DNA of 64,000 bases from Thermoguttaceae bacterium (GTDB lineage: Bacteria; Planctomycetota; Planctomycetia; Pirellulales; Thermoguttaceae): assembly GCA_045599865.1 (NCBI GenBank), contig JAZRWW010000024.1, positions 17,212-81,211 on the forward strand. Direction: 5' to 3'. Numbering within the stretch: position 1 is the stretch's first letter; every line of letters starts with the position of its first letter. The notes below the pieces were generated by a model. It saw nothing but the letters and a program-made list of their open reading frames with translations. It was not told where the DNA came from and searched no databases. Positions 36,916 through 45,585 of the stretch are shown here, one piece after another. The position numbers and the translations under genes are program-made.

Positions 36916-36946
36916 TCAAACGCTTGTTCGGTTCAACGTCGCCATA

Positions 36947-37630
36947 TTAGAAGACGTCGAGAACAAAATGTTTTCCTTCGTGGAAACGACGCGCGTTCGG
37001 ATAGTAATTTTGCCAACGCGGATTATATCGCGGAACGCTCATATCGGGCGCGCCAAAGTTCTGCGGATAATATCCGTAAGGATAATTTCTAAAACGCGCC
37101 CAATCCTGCATCGAACCTGTCGGGTTGGCGTAGGGCGAAGGGGCGACGATTTCGCGATTCGCGGAACGAGAGCCGAGTCTTCCTCTACGAGCGGCGGAGA
37201 AAGCGACGCCTCGACCGCCGACTCTTCCAAAACCGATTTCTCGATCGACGCCCCTTCCAAAACCGACTCCTCTAATTCCGACTTCGTAACATTCCTCGCA
37301 CGGACCGTAAACCTGCGCGACTCCGGCGCCTCCGCTAACGACGCCTCCGCTAACGGCGAATCCGGCGGGCGCGACCGCTTGGGCGACAGCATCGACGGCG
37401 GGCGCGGCGTCCGCGAGATTTTTCACTTCGTCAAGTTGTTGAACGCCGTAAAGAACGTCGGCGTCTTTGGCCTCTTCAATAACGGGAGCGTCTTCAACCT
37501 CGGCGATTTCCTCTTGAACCGTAACGGCGGAATCGACGTTTTCGGCTTGCGAGTCTTGGGCGTAGGCGTTTGACGCGACGAAACCTAACGTCGCAACAAC
37601 AAACATACCGAACAGCAAATTCGTTTTCAT
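36947..37630 (-). CDS. Secreted hypothetical protein (signal peptide, Gly/Arg-rich centre, Tyr/Pro/Asn-rich C-terminus)
   Basis: Signal peptide 'MKTNLLFGMFVVATLGFVASNAYA'. GGAGAA SD site upstream and its own terminator downstream. No family recognised. Confidence 0.55.
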   Translation of the reverse strand: MKTNLLFGMFVVATLGFVASNAYAQDSQAENVDSAVTVQEEIAEVEDAPVIEEAKDADVLYGVQQLDEVKNLADAAPAVDAVAQAVAPAGFAVSGGVVSGGAGVAQVYGPCEECYEVGIRGVGFGRGVDREIGFGRVGGRGVAFSAARRGRLGSRSANREIVAPSPYANPTGSMQDWARFRNYPYGYYPQNFGAPDMSVPRYNPRWQNYYPNARRFHEGKHFVLDVF

Positions 37631-38081
37631 ATAGGATTCTCCTTAAGTTTTTCGCCGCCGAAGGCGACGTACAACGCGTCGATAAAACAGCGCCGCTTTT
37701 TGCGGGCGGCGAAAACTTGGTTTTCAATCGAACGTAATTGACTAAAGTTCTAGTTGCATCGTCTTGCCTGCTGCCGCAGAGCTTAACGCAAAGAACCCAG
37801 CTTATCCTCCTTGTCGTCAATCTTAATCTTGTTGTTGATATTATAAAGGTTCTTTTTTTTTATTTTTTTCACGACCGCGCATAAAAAAACGTTGCGCTTC
37901 CCAAAATCGAAAAAGGCGTTACAATACAAACCTAAACGCTTGACGTCGGGCGTTTATTTTTTGAGCAAAACGTTGAAGCGTTTGTCGTTTAGACTTGCGC
38001 CGCGTTTTGTTTTGTTTTGTTTATTCCGACATATTTGGGCGCTAACGGGGAGCGCTAAGAAATCGCTTCTGGAGGTCGTCA

Positions 38082-38483
38082 ATGTTTTCCGTCGCTCGTG
38101 ATTTTTCCTTTTCCTATGGACATCGGCTTTATCGTTACGAGGGCAAGTGCCGCCGTCTTCACGGACATAACGCTCTAGCGCGCGTCATAGTCGATTGCGA
38201 GGAACTTGACGAACGAGGAATGGCTCTTGATTTTGTTAATATAAAAACGTCGATCGGAAGCTGGCTTGACGAAGAGTTTGATCACCGCGTTTTATTGTCG
38301 AAAGAAGACCCGCTGGCAAAGACGTTGCTTGACGTCGGCGAGCCCGTCGTACTTTTCGACGGGAATCCGACTGCTGAACTTCTGGCGAAAACGATTTTTG
38401 AGCGCGCGCTTTCGTTGGGGATGAACGTCAAACAAGTAGATTTTTGGGAAACTGAAAAATGTCGCGCGACGTATTCGCGCTGA
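38082..38483 (+). CDS. queD: 6-carboxy-5,6,7,8-tetrahydropterin synthase QueD (PTPS family)
   Basis: 'FSFSYGHRL...CRRLHGHN' zinc/catalytic motif and 'LDHRVLL'-type segment ('FDHRVLLSKEDP'). Length is 133 aa. Confidence 0.8.
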   Translation: MFSVARDFSFSYGHRLYRYEGKCRRLHGHNALARVIVDCEELDERGMALDFVNIKTSIGSWLDEEFDHRVLLSKEDPLAKTLLDVGEPVVLFDGNPTAELLAKTIFERALSLGMNVKQVDFWETEKCRATYSR

Positions 38484-38498
38484 AAAACGGGCGTAAAA

Positions 38499-38858
38499 AT
38501 GAGCGTAACAAAACTAACTTGCATTGTTTGTCCGCAAGGTTGTTCTCTTGAGGTCGATTCTGAAGCCGGAACCGTCGTCGGTAATTCCTGCAAGCGGGGC
38601 GCGGCGTACGGACTTGCCGAAACGACCAATCCGACGCGAACGCTGACGACTACCGTTTGCGTCGTCGACGACGACGGCGCGCGCGTCGATATGGAGCCCG
38701 TTCGAACGGCGCGTCCTATTCCAAAATCGCTTATTTTCGCCGCGATGAAGGAAATCGACGCGTTGCGCGTCAAGAAGCCGATTCGTCGAGGCGACGCTCT
38801 CCTTGTCAATCTTCTAGGAACGGGCGTCGACGTGGTCGCTACGCGAGATTTACCGTAG
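38499..38858 (+). CDS. DUF1667 domain protein
   Basis: 'LTCIVCPQGCSLEV...VVGNSCKRGAAYGLAETTNPTRTLTTTV' matches the DUF1667 Cys pattern. Confidence 0.6.
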   Translation: MSVTKLTCIVCPQGCSLEVDSEAGTVVGNSCKRGAAYGLAETTNPTRTLTTTVCVVDDDGARVDMEPVRTARPIPKSLIFAAMKEIDALRVKKPIRRGDALLVNLLGTGVDVVATRDLP

Positions 38859-38906
38859 GGCTTCCGTCGGCATATGCGCTTTTATTGAAAAACAAAGGAT
38901 TGTAAA

Positions 38907-40166
38907 ATGAACGATCGCAAGCGTGCGATTATTATTCCAGACGGATTTGCGGACGATCCGCTCGACGCGTTAAACGGACGAACGCCAATGCAGTTTGCTT
39001 CTACTCCGAATCTTGACGCGTTGGCGCCGCGCGGCGCGCAAGGACGTTCGCACAACGCGCCCGAGGCGTTGACGCCGGGTTCCGACGTTGCGACGCTCGC
39101 CTTGCTGGGATACGACCCGCTGGAGACGTATACGGGACGCGCGCCCTTGGAAGCGGCGGCTCAAGGAATTGAACTTGGCGCAAACGATTGGGCTTTTCGT
39201 TGCAATTTGGTTTGCCTTGAAGACGGCGCGATGAAAGATTTTACCTCCGGGCATATTTCTACGGCGGAGGCGACGGAACTTTTGTCGGGCGTTCAACGCG
39301 AGGTAGCGCCAGAATGGAAAAACATCGCCTCGGAATTGGGCGGAACCGTCGAGTTTTTACCGGGAGTCGGTTATCGTAATTTGGCGATATTTCGTCCCGA
39401 TTCCGACGCGCGACCTTTTCCGTTTGACTCGACGACGAAGACAGTTCCCCCTCACGACTATACGGGGCGTTCGATTCTTGACGTCCTTCCTCAGGGCGCA
39501 GGAAGCGAAGCCGTTTGTCGTTTAATGGAACTGTGCGCCGAATACCTCAAAAAGTCCGACGTAAACGCGCGGAGAATCGCCGAAGGCAAAACGCCCGCGA
39601 CGGATTGTTGGCTTTGGGGACAAGGCAAACGTCCGAAGTTGACGCCCTTTACGGAAGAATATCGTTGGGGCAAGGGCGCGATGATTACCGCCGTCGATCT
39701 ATTGCGCGGAATTGCGCGAGGTCTTGGCTGGTCGATAATCGACGTTCCCGGCGCCACCGGGTACGTCGACACCAATTTCGCGGCTAAGGGCGAATACGCG
39801 GCTCGCGCGTTGGACGAATACGACCTTGTTTGCGTTCACGTGGAAGCGCCCGACGAATCGGGGCACGAAGGAAGCGTCGAAAAGAAGATTTACTCCCTTG
39901 AACAGATCGATCAAAAGACCTTGCCGCCAATTCTCGACAAATTGCGAACGTTTGACAATTGGCGCTTGTTGATTTCGCCCGACCACCCGACGCCCGTCGC
40001 GATCAAGACGCATTCTCGCGGCTGGGTTCCTTGGGCGATTTTTGGTTCCGACGTTTCGGGCGACGGATTCGCTTCCTACGACGAAACGACGGCGGCTTTG
40101 TCTTCTCGTTTTTATCCTCAAGGACGACAATTAATGGAGCTTTTTTTAAGGGGCAATTTGCAATGA
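38907..40166 (+). CDS. apgM: Cofactor-independent phosphoglycerate mutase, archaeal-type (ApgM family)
   Basis: 'IIPDGFADDP...TPNLDALA', 'PGSDVATLALLGYDP', 'VHVEAPDESGHEG' and 'SPDHPTP' are metalloenzyme-superfamily ApgM motifs. Confidence 0.75.
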   Translation: MNDRKRAIIIPDGFADDPLDALNGRTPMQFASTPNLDALAPRGAQGRSHNAPEALTPGSDVATLALLGYDPLETYTGRAPLEAAAQGIELGANDWAFRCNLVCLEDGAMKDFTSGHISTAEATELLSGVQREVAPEWKNIASELGGTVEFLPGVGYRNLAIFRPDSDARPFPFDSTTKTVPPHDYTGRSILDVLPQGAGSEAVCRLMELCAEYLKKSDVNARRIAEGKTPATDCWLWGQGKRPKLTPFTEEYRWGKGAMITAVDLLRGIARGLGWSIIDVPGATGYVDTNFAAKGEYAARALDEYDLVCVHVEAPDESGHEGSVEKKIYSLEQIDQKTLPPILDKLRTFDNWRLLISPDHPTPVAIKTHSRGWVPWAIFGSDVSGDGFASYDETTAALSSRFYPQGRQLMELFLRGNLQ

Positions 40167-40945
40167 CGCGCTATTTTAACGTATTTACGACGACATTGTT
40201 AGCCGTATGTTTGACGTCGTGTCTGTTTAGCGAAGGCGTTCGCGCGGAAAATTCCAAAGAGTCTAAGCCGGTTTACGACGCGATCGCCGGTTCTCAAGCG
40301 GACGACGACAAATACGAATGGACGTCTCTTTTCGACGGTCAAACTTTGAAGTATTGGATCGACCTCAAAGACGCGGGCGACGACGTCGTTAGGGTTAAGG
40401 ACAGCGAGCTTATTCTTGGAATGGGACCGACGACGACTTCGATTCGATTTGACGAGGACGGCGCCGATTTTAAGTTTCCGCGCGAGAATTACGAACTTGA
40501 ATACGTCGCGCGTCGCACGTCCGGCTCCGATTTCTTCGCCGCCGCGACCGTTCCTATCGGGGAAAATTACGCGACGTTTGTAAACGGCGGCTGGGGCGGC
40601 TTTGTCGCCGGTATTTCAAGCGTAGACGATATGGACGCTTCGGAAAATTCGACTTCGTCGTTTTATAATTTCAAGACGAATCAGTGGTATCGATTCCGCG
40701 TTCAAGTTACCAAGCGCGTTATTCGCGTATGGATCAACGACGAAAAAATAATCGACTATGCGATCGAAGGACACTCCTTGAAGACGCGTTTCGAAGTTTC
40801 GCGTTGTCAGCCCCTTGGTTTCGCCAGTTGGGTTAGCGAAGGCGTTCTTAAAGTCGTTCGTTTTCGTATGCTTAACGAAGACGAGCTTAAGGATATGAAC
40901 GCTAAAGCCGACGCGACTCCTCAGCCCTTTAACTGGGGAAAATAA
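40163..40945 (+). CDS. Secreted DUF1080 (3-keto-disaccharide hydrolase / LamG-like) family protein
   Basis: Signal peptide 'MTRYFNVFTTTLLAVCLTSCLF'. Motifs 'WTSLFDGQTLKYW...VKDSELIL' and 'NQWYRFRVQVTKRVIRVWINDEKIIDY'. The ATG overlaps the apgM stop (ATGA at 40163-40166). Confidence 0.6.
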   Translation: MTRYFNVFTTTLLAVCLTSCLFSEGVRAENSKESKPVYDAIAGSQADDDKYEWTSLFDGQTLKYWIDLKDAGDDVVRVKDSELILGMGPTTTSIRFDEDGADFKFPRENYELEYVARRTSGSDFFAAATVPIGENYATFVNGGWGGFVAGISSVDDMDASENSTSSFYNFKTNQWYRFRVQVTKRVIRVWINDEKIIDYAIEGHSLKTRFEVSRCQPLGFASWVSEGVLKVVRFRMLNEDELKDMNAKADATPQPFNWGK

Positions 40946-40964
40946 ATCTTTTTCCTAGCGCGCG

Positions 40965-41372
40965 TCAAGCGTCGTTTTCAAAAAATAATCGGATTTCTCG
41001 TTCCGCCGCCTCTTGGGAGTCTGAAGCGTGAACGAGATTTTCGGTATAGTCAAAAGCGAAATCTCCTCGAATCGTGCCGGGCGCGGCTTCCAACGGATTT
41101 GTAGCGCCGACGATTTTTCTTGCAATTTTGACGGCGTTTTCGCCCGTCCATATCGACGCAAGAACGGGACCTCGAGTCATATACGCGACAAGTTCTTGAA
41201 AATAGGGCCGGGCTTCTAAGCTCTCGTAATGACGCCGCGCTAATTCGCGGGAGGCGACTTTCCACAAAAATCTTTTGGGACGCAAGCCTTTACGTTCAAA
41301 GCGCGCTATGATCTCGCCGACGAGTCCTCTTTCCAACGCGTCGGGCTTAAGCATTATAAACGTTTCTTCCAT
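40965..41372 (-). CDS. ndk: Nucleoside diphosphate kinase
   Basis: 'ETFIMLKPDALERGLVGEIIARFERKGL', 'GPVLASIWTGENAV', 'GATNPLEAAPGTIRGDFA' and the active-site 'NLVHASDS'. ATG 41372 was chosen; the ORF track starts at an upstream TTG. Confidence 0.9.
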   Translation of the reverse strand: MEETFIMLKPDALERGLVGEIIARFERKGLRPKRFLWKVASRELARRHYESLEARPYFQELVAYMTRGPVLASIWTGENAVKIARKIVGATNPLEAAPGTIRGDFAFDYTENLVHASDSQEAAEREIRLFFENDA

Positions 41373-41487
41373 TTTTCTTATTTTTTGGGGCGTTCGGCGC
41401 CCCGTCGTCGTCTTCGCTTGGATCAAATTGTAATTTTATTGCGCGCGTTTGGACGCGAGGCTTTAAAACGACCGACGTTTGCACGCC

Positions 41488-44061
41488 TTATTTTGATTTT
41501 CGGTCAAGTTCGTTTGGCGTAATGTTCGCGCTTCCAATAAAAACGTATTTAGTTTGATCGGATTGTTCCTTGCCCGTCGTTGAAACAAGGAAAAATTCAA
41601 ACGTCAGTTTGCCGTTTAACGTCGATTCGATCACGCGCGTTGCGTTTTGCAAACCGTCTTCCGTTGAAACGTAGTCGGAATCGTATGGAAAAGTCGAACT
41701 CGTCCGACGGCTAAAGTAATCCGTCAAATCCGTTTCCAACGTTTCTTTGTCAAGGATCGTTTCAGTTCGAATTACTTGGCTGTTACGCGTAAATCTTATT
41801 TTAAACGCGTCGACTTTTTCCGCTTTTAGGGCGAAAATAAACACGATCGATTTTTTTCTTTCGTCCATTTGCGAATCGACGGTAAACGCGCTTGACGTCG
41901 CGTCGGATTTCAGAAGAACCAAAAGCGCCGGACTATGTTTCGGATTACGAGCCGGATCGTAATAAGACAAGTCGTTTGGAACCGCCAGCGGCAATAGCCC
42001 TTCGTTTGACAACGCAATAACGGAGGCGACGTTTGGCGTTCCTTTTAACAAATCAAATTGGCAAGGTTTGAGCAGTTGTTCGTATTTTGTTTCGGCGACA
42101 AAGTCTTTTTCCGTTCCGTTTGGCGCGGACAGAAAGATCGACCATCTCAGCCGACTCGAGCGAAGAAAATAATTTCTTGTCGCTTCGTCCGACATATGAA
42201 AAATCAAGGTTCCCAGCGGATCGATTTCGATCGTAAAAGAACCGTTTTGTTCGTTTGTTTTGGAGTCGACCGTTTTGAAAACAACTTTTGTCGAATTAGA
42301 CGACTTGCCTCCGGAAAAATCAAATTCTTGTTTGTTGTTTCGGCGTCTTGAATCAAGCCATTGACGTTCGCCGTTTTGATCGGGCGAAAGATCGCAAGTT
42401 ACCGACAATTTGCCGTTATATTTTTGACATAGATTCAGAACTTCTGAAAAAAGTTCTTGCGAATTTTCGTCTATTTCTTCGTCTAACGTCCAAGCGCTTG
42501 AATCTCCCTTGCGTTGGAAGACGCCGAAATCGACCGTGAATTTACGAGCGACGACCGAATCTTGAAAATCGACGATTTTTTGATACTCTTCCGACGTTAA
42601 AAATGGGGATTGAGAGACCGACGCTTCCGAAGGAATTGGAAATAAGGCGCTAAGATCCGTTCCCCCGTCGACTCCTTTGGGGCTCGAAGCAGAATCGGAG
42701 AGTTCGTTTGGCGTCTCTTCGAGGGAAGCGACGTTCGGGTCGTTTTCTTTATCGTCTTCTTTTACGTTCTCTTCTTCGTTGACGGCGCCTGGTTCGTTTA
42801 TTTTTTCCTTTTGAGATTCGGAGGATTGGTTTGAAACGCTATTTTGATCGGTCGAAACTATTGCGTCGTCGCTAGATTGCGAGACGTCCAGATTAACGGA
42901 TGGTTCCGACGTGGCGAGCGTTTCGTTTTGCGGAATAATTTCTTGAAGATTCTTCGTTTGTTTTGAAGCGCCGTCGGCGAGAACGATTCCAAGCGTAATT
43001 AACGCCGCCAATGCGAGGAGACCTATCGATGCGCCGCCGACAAGACGCCAACGCTCGCGTTCAAGAATTTTTTTCGTAAATGACGCCGGCGAATTGTACG
43101 CCGCAGGACGCGCTTGCATTCCTTTTTCTGGTTTCGTATTTTTTTCTTGGATTTCCGCTTTGGAATCGTCGAGGGCGTCGAAACTATCCTCTTGACGCTC
43201 GAACGCGGACGGGGCGTCGGCTGAAGAGGACGAAACGGAATTGTCGCGCGTCAGCTTTCTTGCGACGTTGATTAAGTTGGACGCTTGAGGAAACGAATCG
43301 ATCGTTTCCTCCGCCGACGTTATGCGCTTCGACGTTAGATCAAGAATAAGCGCGTCGGGAATTGCGCGCAACGCTTGCGATTCGCTAGAACCGACTATTG
43401 TAGCTTTCCACTGACAACGGACGCCCGGAGGCGTCTTTGCGTAGTACGTTGAAAAAGTCGCTTGCCAACGCATAGCGGGCGAGAGAAGCGACAAGGCTTC
43501 TTGATATAATTTCAAGACGTCGTGTTCTGGACGAACGATCAATACGACGGGACGATCCGCGTAGACCGTAGAAGCCAACACGCCCGCCCAGCCTGAATCG
43601 CCGGTGATTTTTTTCCATTCTTCACAGGAGCCTGTTATAGACGCGATTTGAGGCAGTTCAAAAGACTTGTCGAATACTTGCGGTTCTTCTTCCCAGCGTT
43701 TGTCAAATAATCCCGGTTCTGAAAAAAAAACCGTCGGTCCAGCTTCGCGTAATTCAGTTGGTTCTAGAATCAGATGACAGGCTATTTTGTTGTTTCGATC
43801 ATTATAATCTAGGCCCGCGTCGGCTATTCTGGATAGAACGCGTAAAGTCGTTTCTCCGTCGTCTAATAGAACGTGCGAATATACGATCGGGTTTTGCGAA
43901 ACTTGTTCCTCGTCGACGAAGAGTCGGCGATATCCCGAAAAAGCCTCGAGCGCGGCGATCATCCTTTCCGAAAGATTGCGGGAACAAGCGACGGTGCAAA
44001 ACCCAAACGAACCTTCTTTTATTCCTTTGGGCGCCGACGTGTAAACTAATTTGAACGCCAT
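41488..44061 (-). CDS. 857-aa single-pass membrane protein: GAP1-N2-like N-terminal domain, TM, acidic/Ser-rich linker, unknown beta-rich C-terminal domain
   Basis: The N-terminus 'MAFKLVYTSAPKGIKEGSFGFCTVACS...DAGLDYNDRNNKIACHLIL' fits the 'YTS..G..G..GF...S...DYsgR.gN..aH.l' signature. One TM helix 'WRLVGGASIGLLALAALITLGIVLA' is preceded by basic residues. A low-complexity stretch of about 150 aa follows, then ~370 aa with no motif I recognise. Confidence 0.65.
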   Translation of the reverse strand: MAFKLVYTSAPKGIKEGSFGFCTVACSRNLSERMIAALEAFSGYRRLFVDEEQVSQNPIVYSHVLLDDGETTLRVLSRIADAGLDYNDRNNKIACHLILEPTELREAGPTVFFSEPGLFDKRWEEEPQVFDKSFELPQIASITGSCEEWKKITGDSGWAGVLASTVYADRPVVLIVRPEHDVLKLYQEALSLLSPAMRWQATFSTYYAKTPPGVRCQWKATIVGSSESQALRAIPDALILDLTSKRITSAEETIDSFPQASNLINVARKLTRDNSVSSSSADAPSAFERQEDSFDALDDSKAEIQEKNTKPEKGMQARPAAYNSPASFTKKILERERWRLVGGASIGLLALAALITLGIVLADGASKQTKNLQEIIPQNETLATSEPSVNLDVSQSSDDAIVSTDQNSVSNQSSESQKEKINEPGAVNEEENVKEDDKENDPNVASLEETPNELSDSASSPKGVDGGTDLSALFPIPSEASVSQSPFLTSEEYQKIVDFQDSVVARKFTVDFGVFQRKGDSSAWTLDEEIDENSQELFSEVLNLCQKYNGKLSVTCDLSPDQNGERQWLDSRRRNNKQEFDFSGGKSSNSTKVVFKTVDSKTNEQNGSFTIEIDPLGTLIFHMSDEATRNYFLRSSRLRWSIFLSAPNGTEKDFVAETKYEQLLKPCQFDLLKGTPNVASVIALSNEGLLPLAVPNDLSYYDPARNPKHSPALLVLLKSDATSSAFTVDSQMDERKKSIVFIFALKAEKVDAFKIRFTRNSQVIRTETILDKETLETDLTDYFSRRTSSTFPYDSDYVSTEDGLQNATRVIESTLNGKLTFEFFLVSTTGKEQSDQTKYVFIGSANITPNELDRKSK

Positions 44062-44505
44062 AGCCGTTTTATCCTGTTGTTGTTTCGTTATTTCGACCGT
44101 CGAGGAGAACGTCTTGTGTTTTTTGAACGATTTAAACGTTTAGACCTGTCGCCAAGTTAATTGACGGAGGTTATGATTTATCGACGATAACTCGCCGTAC
44201 TTACAAGGTCGACAAGAACAAGACGCCGAAACAAATCAAATTTTAACGTTTTTTATTTCGTAATGTGAAAACGCTATGCGTCGAAATGAAGAAATAAAGC
44301 GCGTAATCGATCGTTCTATTGTCGTTTTGGACGTCTTTGAATTTAACGCCGACTAGTCGAGACGCGCGACGAATTAACTTGACGAACAATATTGCCAACC
44401 TACGACGAGTAAAGTCGATTCTTCTTGTTTAATTTGCGTCGCGCTGGAATTTCAAACGAACGTTGAAATTGACGCCGTTCCGCTTTTTTTAGCGCGGATA
44501 CTTTT

Positions 44506-45441
44506 TTAATGCGAATTGGGTAGTAATTTTGCGACAAAGGGCGCCAGCAAGCCCGCCGTCTGCGCCGCGCTTAACGATTGAAACGTCGCGCGTCCCGGCC
44601 CCGTAACTACCGTGTCGAAAACGCCTTCGCCGCCGAAAAGCATATTTTTGATTCCTTTGACGAACACGACGTCGACCGTGCAAGTAGCGTCCATCCACGC
44701 CAGCGCGCCAGTGTCGCAAGTTACTCGTTCTCCAGGCTGAAGATCGTATTCGACCGGGGCTCCGTCGATTTCCAAAAAAACGACGCCCGGTCCCGTCAAT
44801 TTTTGCATAAAGAAGCCTTCGCCGCCAAAGAACCCGGTCGTCAATTTTTTCTGAAAGAAAGTTTCCAACGTAACGCCGGGCGAGGCGGCAAGAAAGGCTC
44901 CTCGCTGACAGACGACTGATTCGCCTTGCGCAAGTTGACGCGCGACGATCGCGCCGGGCAGTTTCGTAGCAAACGCGATTTCCGAAGGCGACTGCGCAAC
45001 GTAGGTCGACATAAAGAACGTTTCTCCGTTGACCATTCGTCCAAGCGCTTTTAAAAAGCCGCCTTGAGCGTTGTTAGACGTTTCGACGTTTCCTTTCATC
45101 CAGACGCGTCCGCCGGAGGAACTGTAAACGGAACGTCCCGAATCGAGATAACATATAACGTAAGGAACGTTCCCTCCGCCAATGTAATAGTCTAAAAAGG
45201 GCGTACGAATAACTCGCGGATCGTTGGAGTCGCGAGGGGCGCGTTCGCCTCCGATATTTGAGGCCGGCGGCGCGACTGGACGACCTCCGAACACGATTCC
45301 TTGCACGTTGTCGCAGGTCGTCTCTTTTCCTTCGACCCAAAGACGCGTTTTTGGGAAGATTACGCCTGACGCGGCAAGTTGAAAAAGTTCCGTCGACGTT
45401 ATGTCGCGTCGACGACCGTTTTGTTCAATCTGAAGTCGCAT
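44506..45441 (-). CDS. AIM24/TIGR00266 (DUF124) family protein with N-terminal GYF_2-like domain
   Basis: The C-terminal ~230 aa read 'LDSGRSVYSSSGGRVWM...ETFFMSTY...GESVVCQRGAFLA...GFFGGEGFFMQKLTGPGVVFLEIDG...LQPGERVTCDTGALAWMD...LFGGEGVFDTVVTGPGRATFQSL', which is typical of AIM24. The N-terminal 'ITSTELFQLAASGVIFPKTRLWVEGKE' is GYF_2/DUF4339-like. Confidence 0.7.
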   Translation of the reverse strand: MRLQIEQNGRRRDITSTELFQLAASGVIFPKTRLWVEGKETTCDNVQGIVFGGRPVAPPASNIGGERAPRDSNDPRVIRTPFLDYYIGGGNVPYVICYLDSGRSVYSSSGGRVWMKGNVETSNNAQGGFLKALGRMVNGETFFMSTYVAQSPSEIAFATKLPGAIVARQLAQGESVVCQRGAFLAASPGVTLETFFQKKLTTGFFGGEGFFMQKLTGPGVVFLEIDGAPVEYDLQPGERVTCDTGALAWMDATCTVDVVFVKGIKNMLFGGEGVFDTVVTGPGRATFQSLSAAQTAGLLAPFVAKLLPNSH

Positions 45442-45585
45442 TTTAGACCGTTATAAGATTGTTTGAAGAATTGTTTCCACTTCTTGATAAAAGCAAAGCT
45501 TTGGTTTGACAAGAGTCGACCGTTTTACGGCGTCCGATCAAACCAAAGCGTCTATTTAACGCGTCAAAACGCGTCGTCGAAAGAA

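Noticed and set aside
36826-37760. Shared 12-mer TAGTTGCATCGT on both sides of the 227-aa secreted-protein gene
   Set aside because: Exact 12-mers shared by chance are expected many times in 64 kb (on the order of 100 pairs), so the match is not significant on its own.
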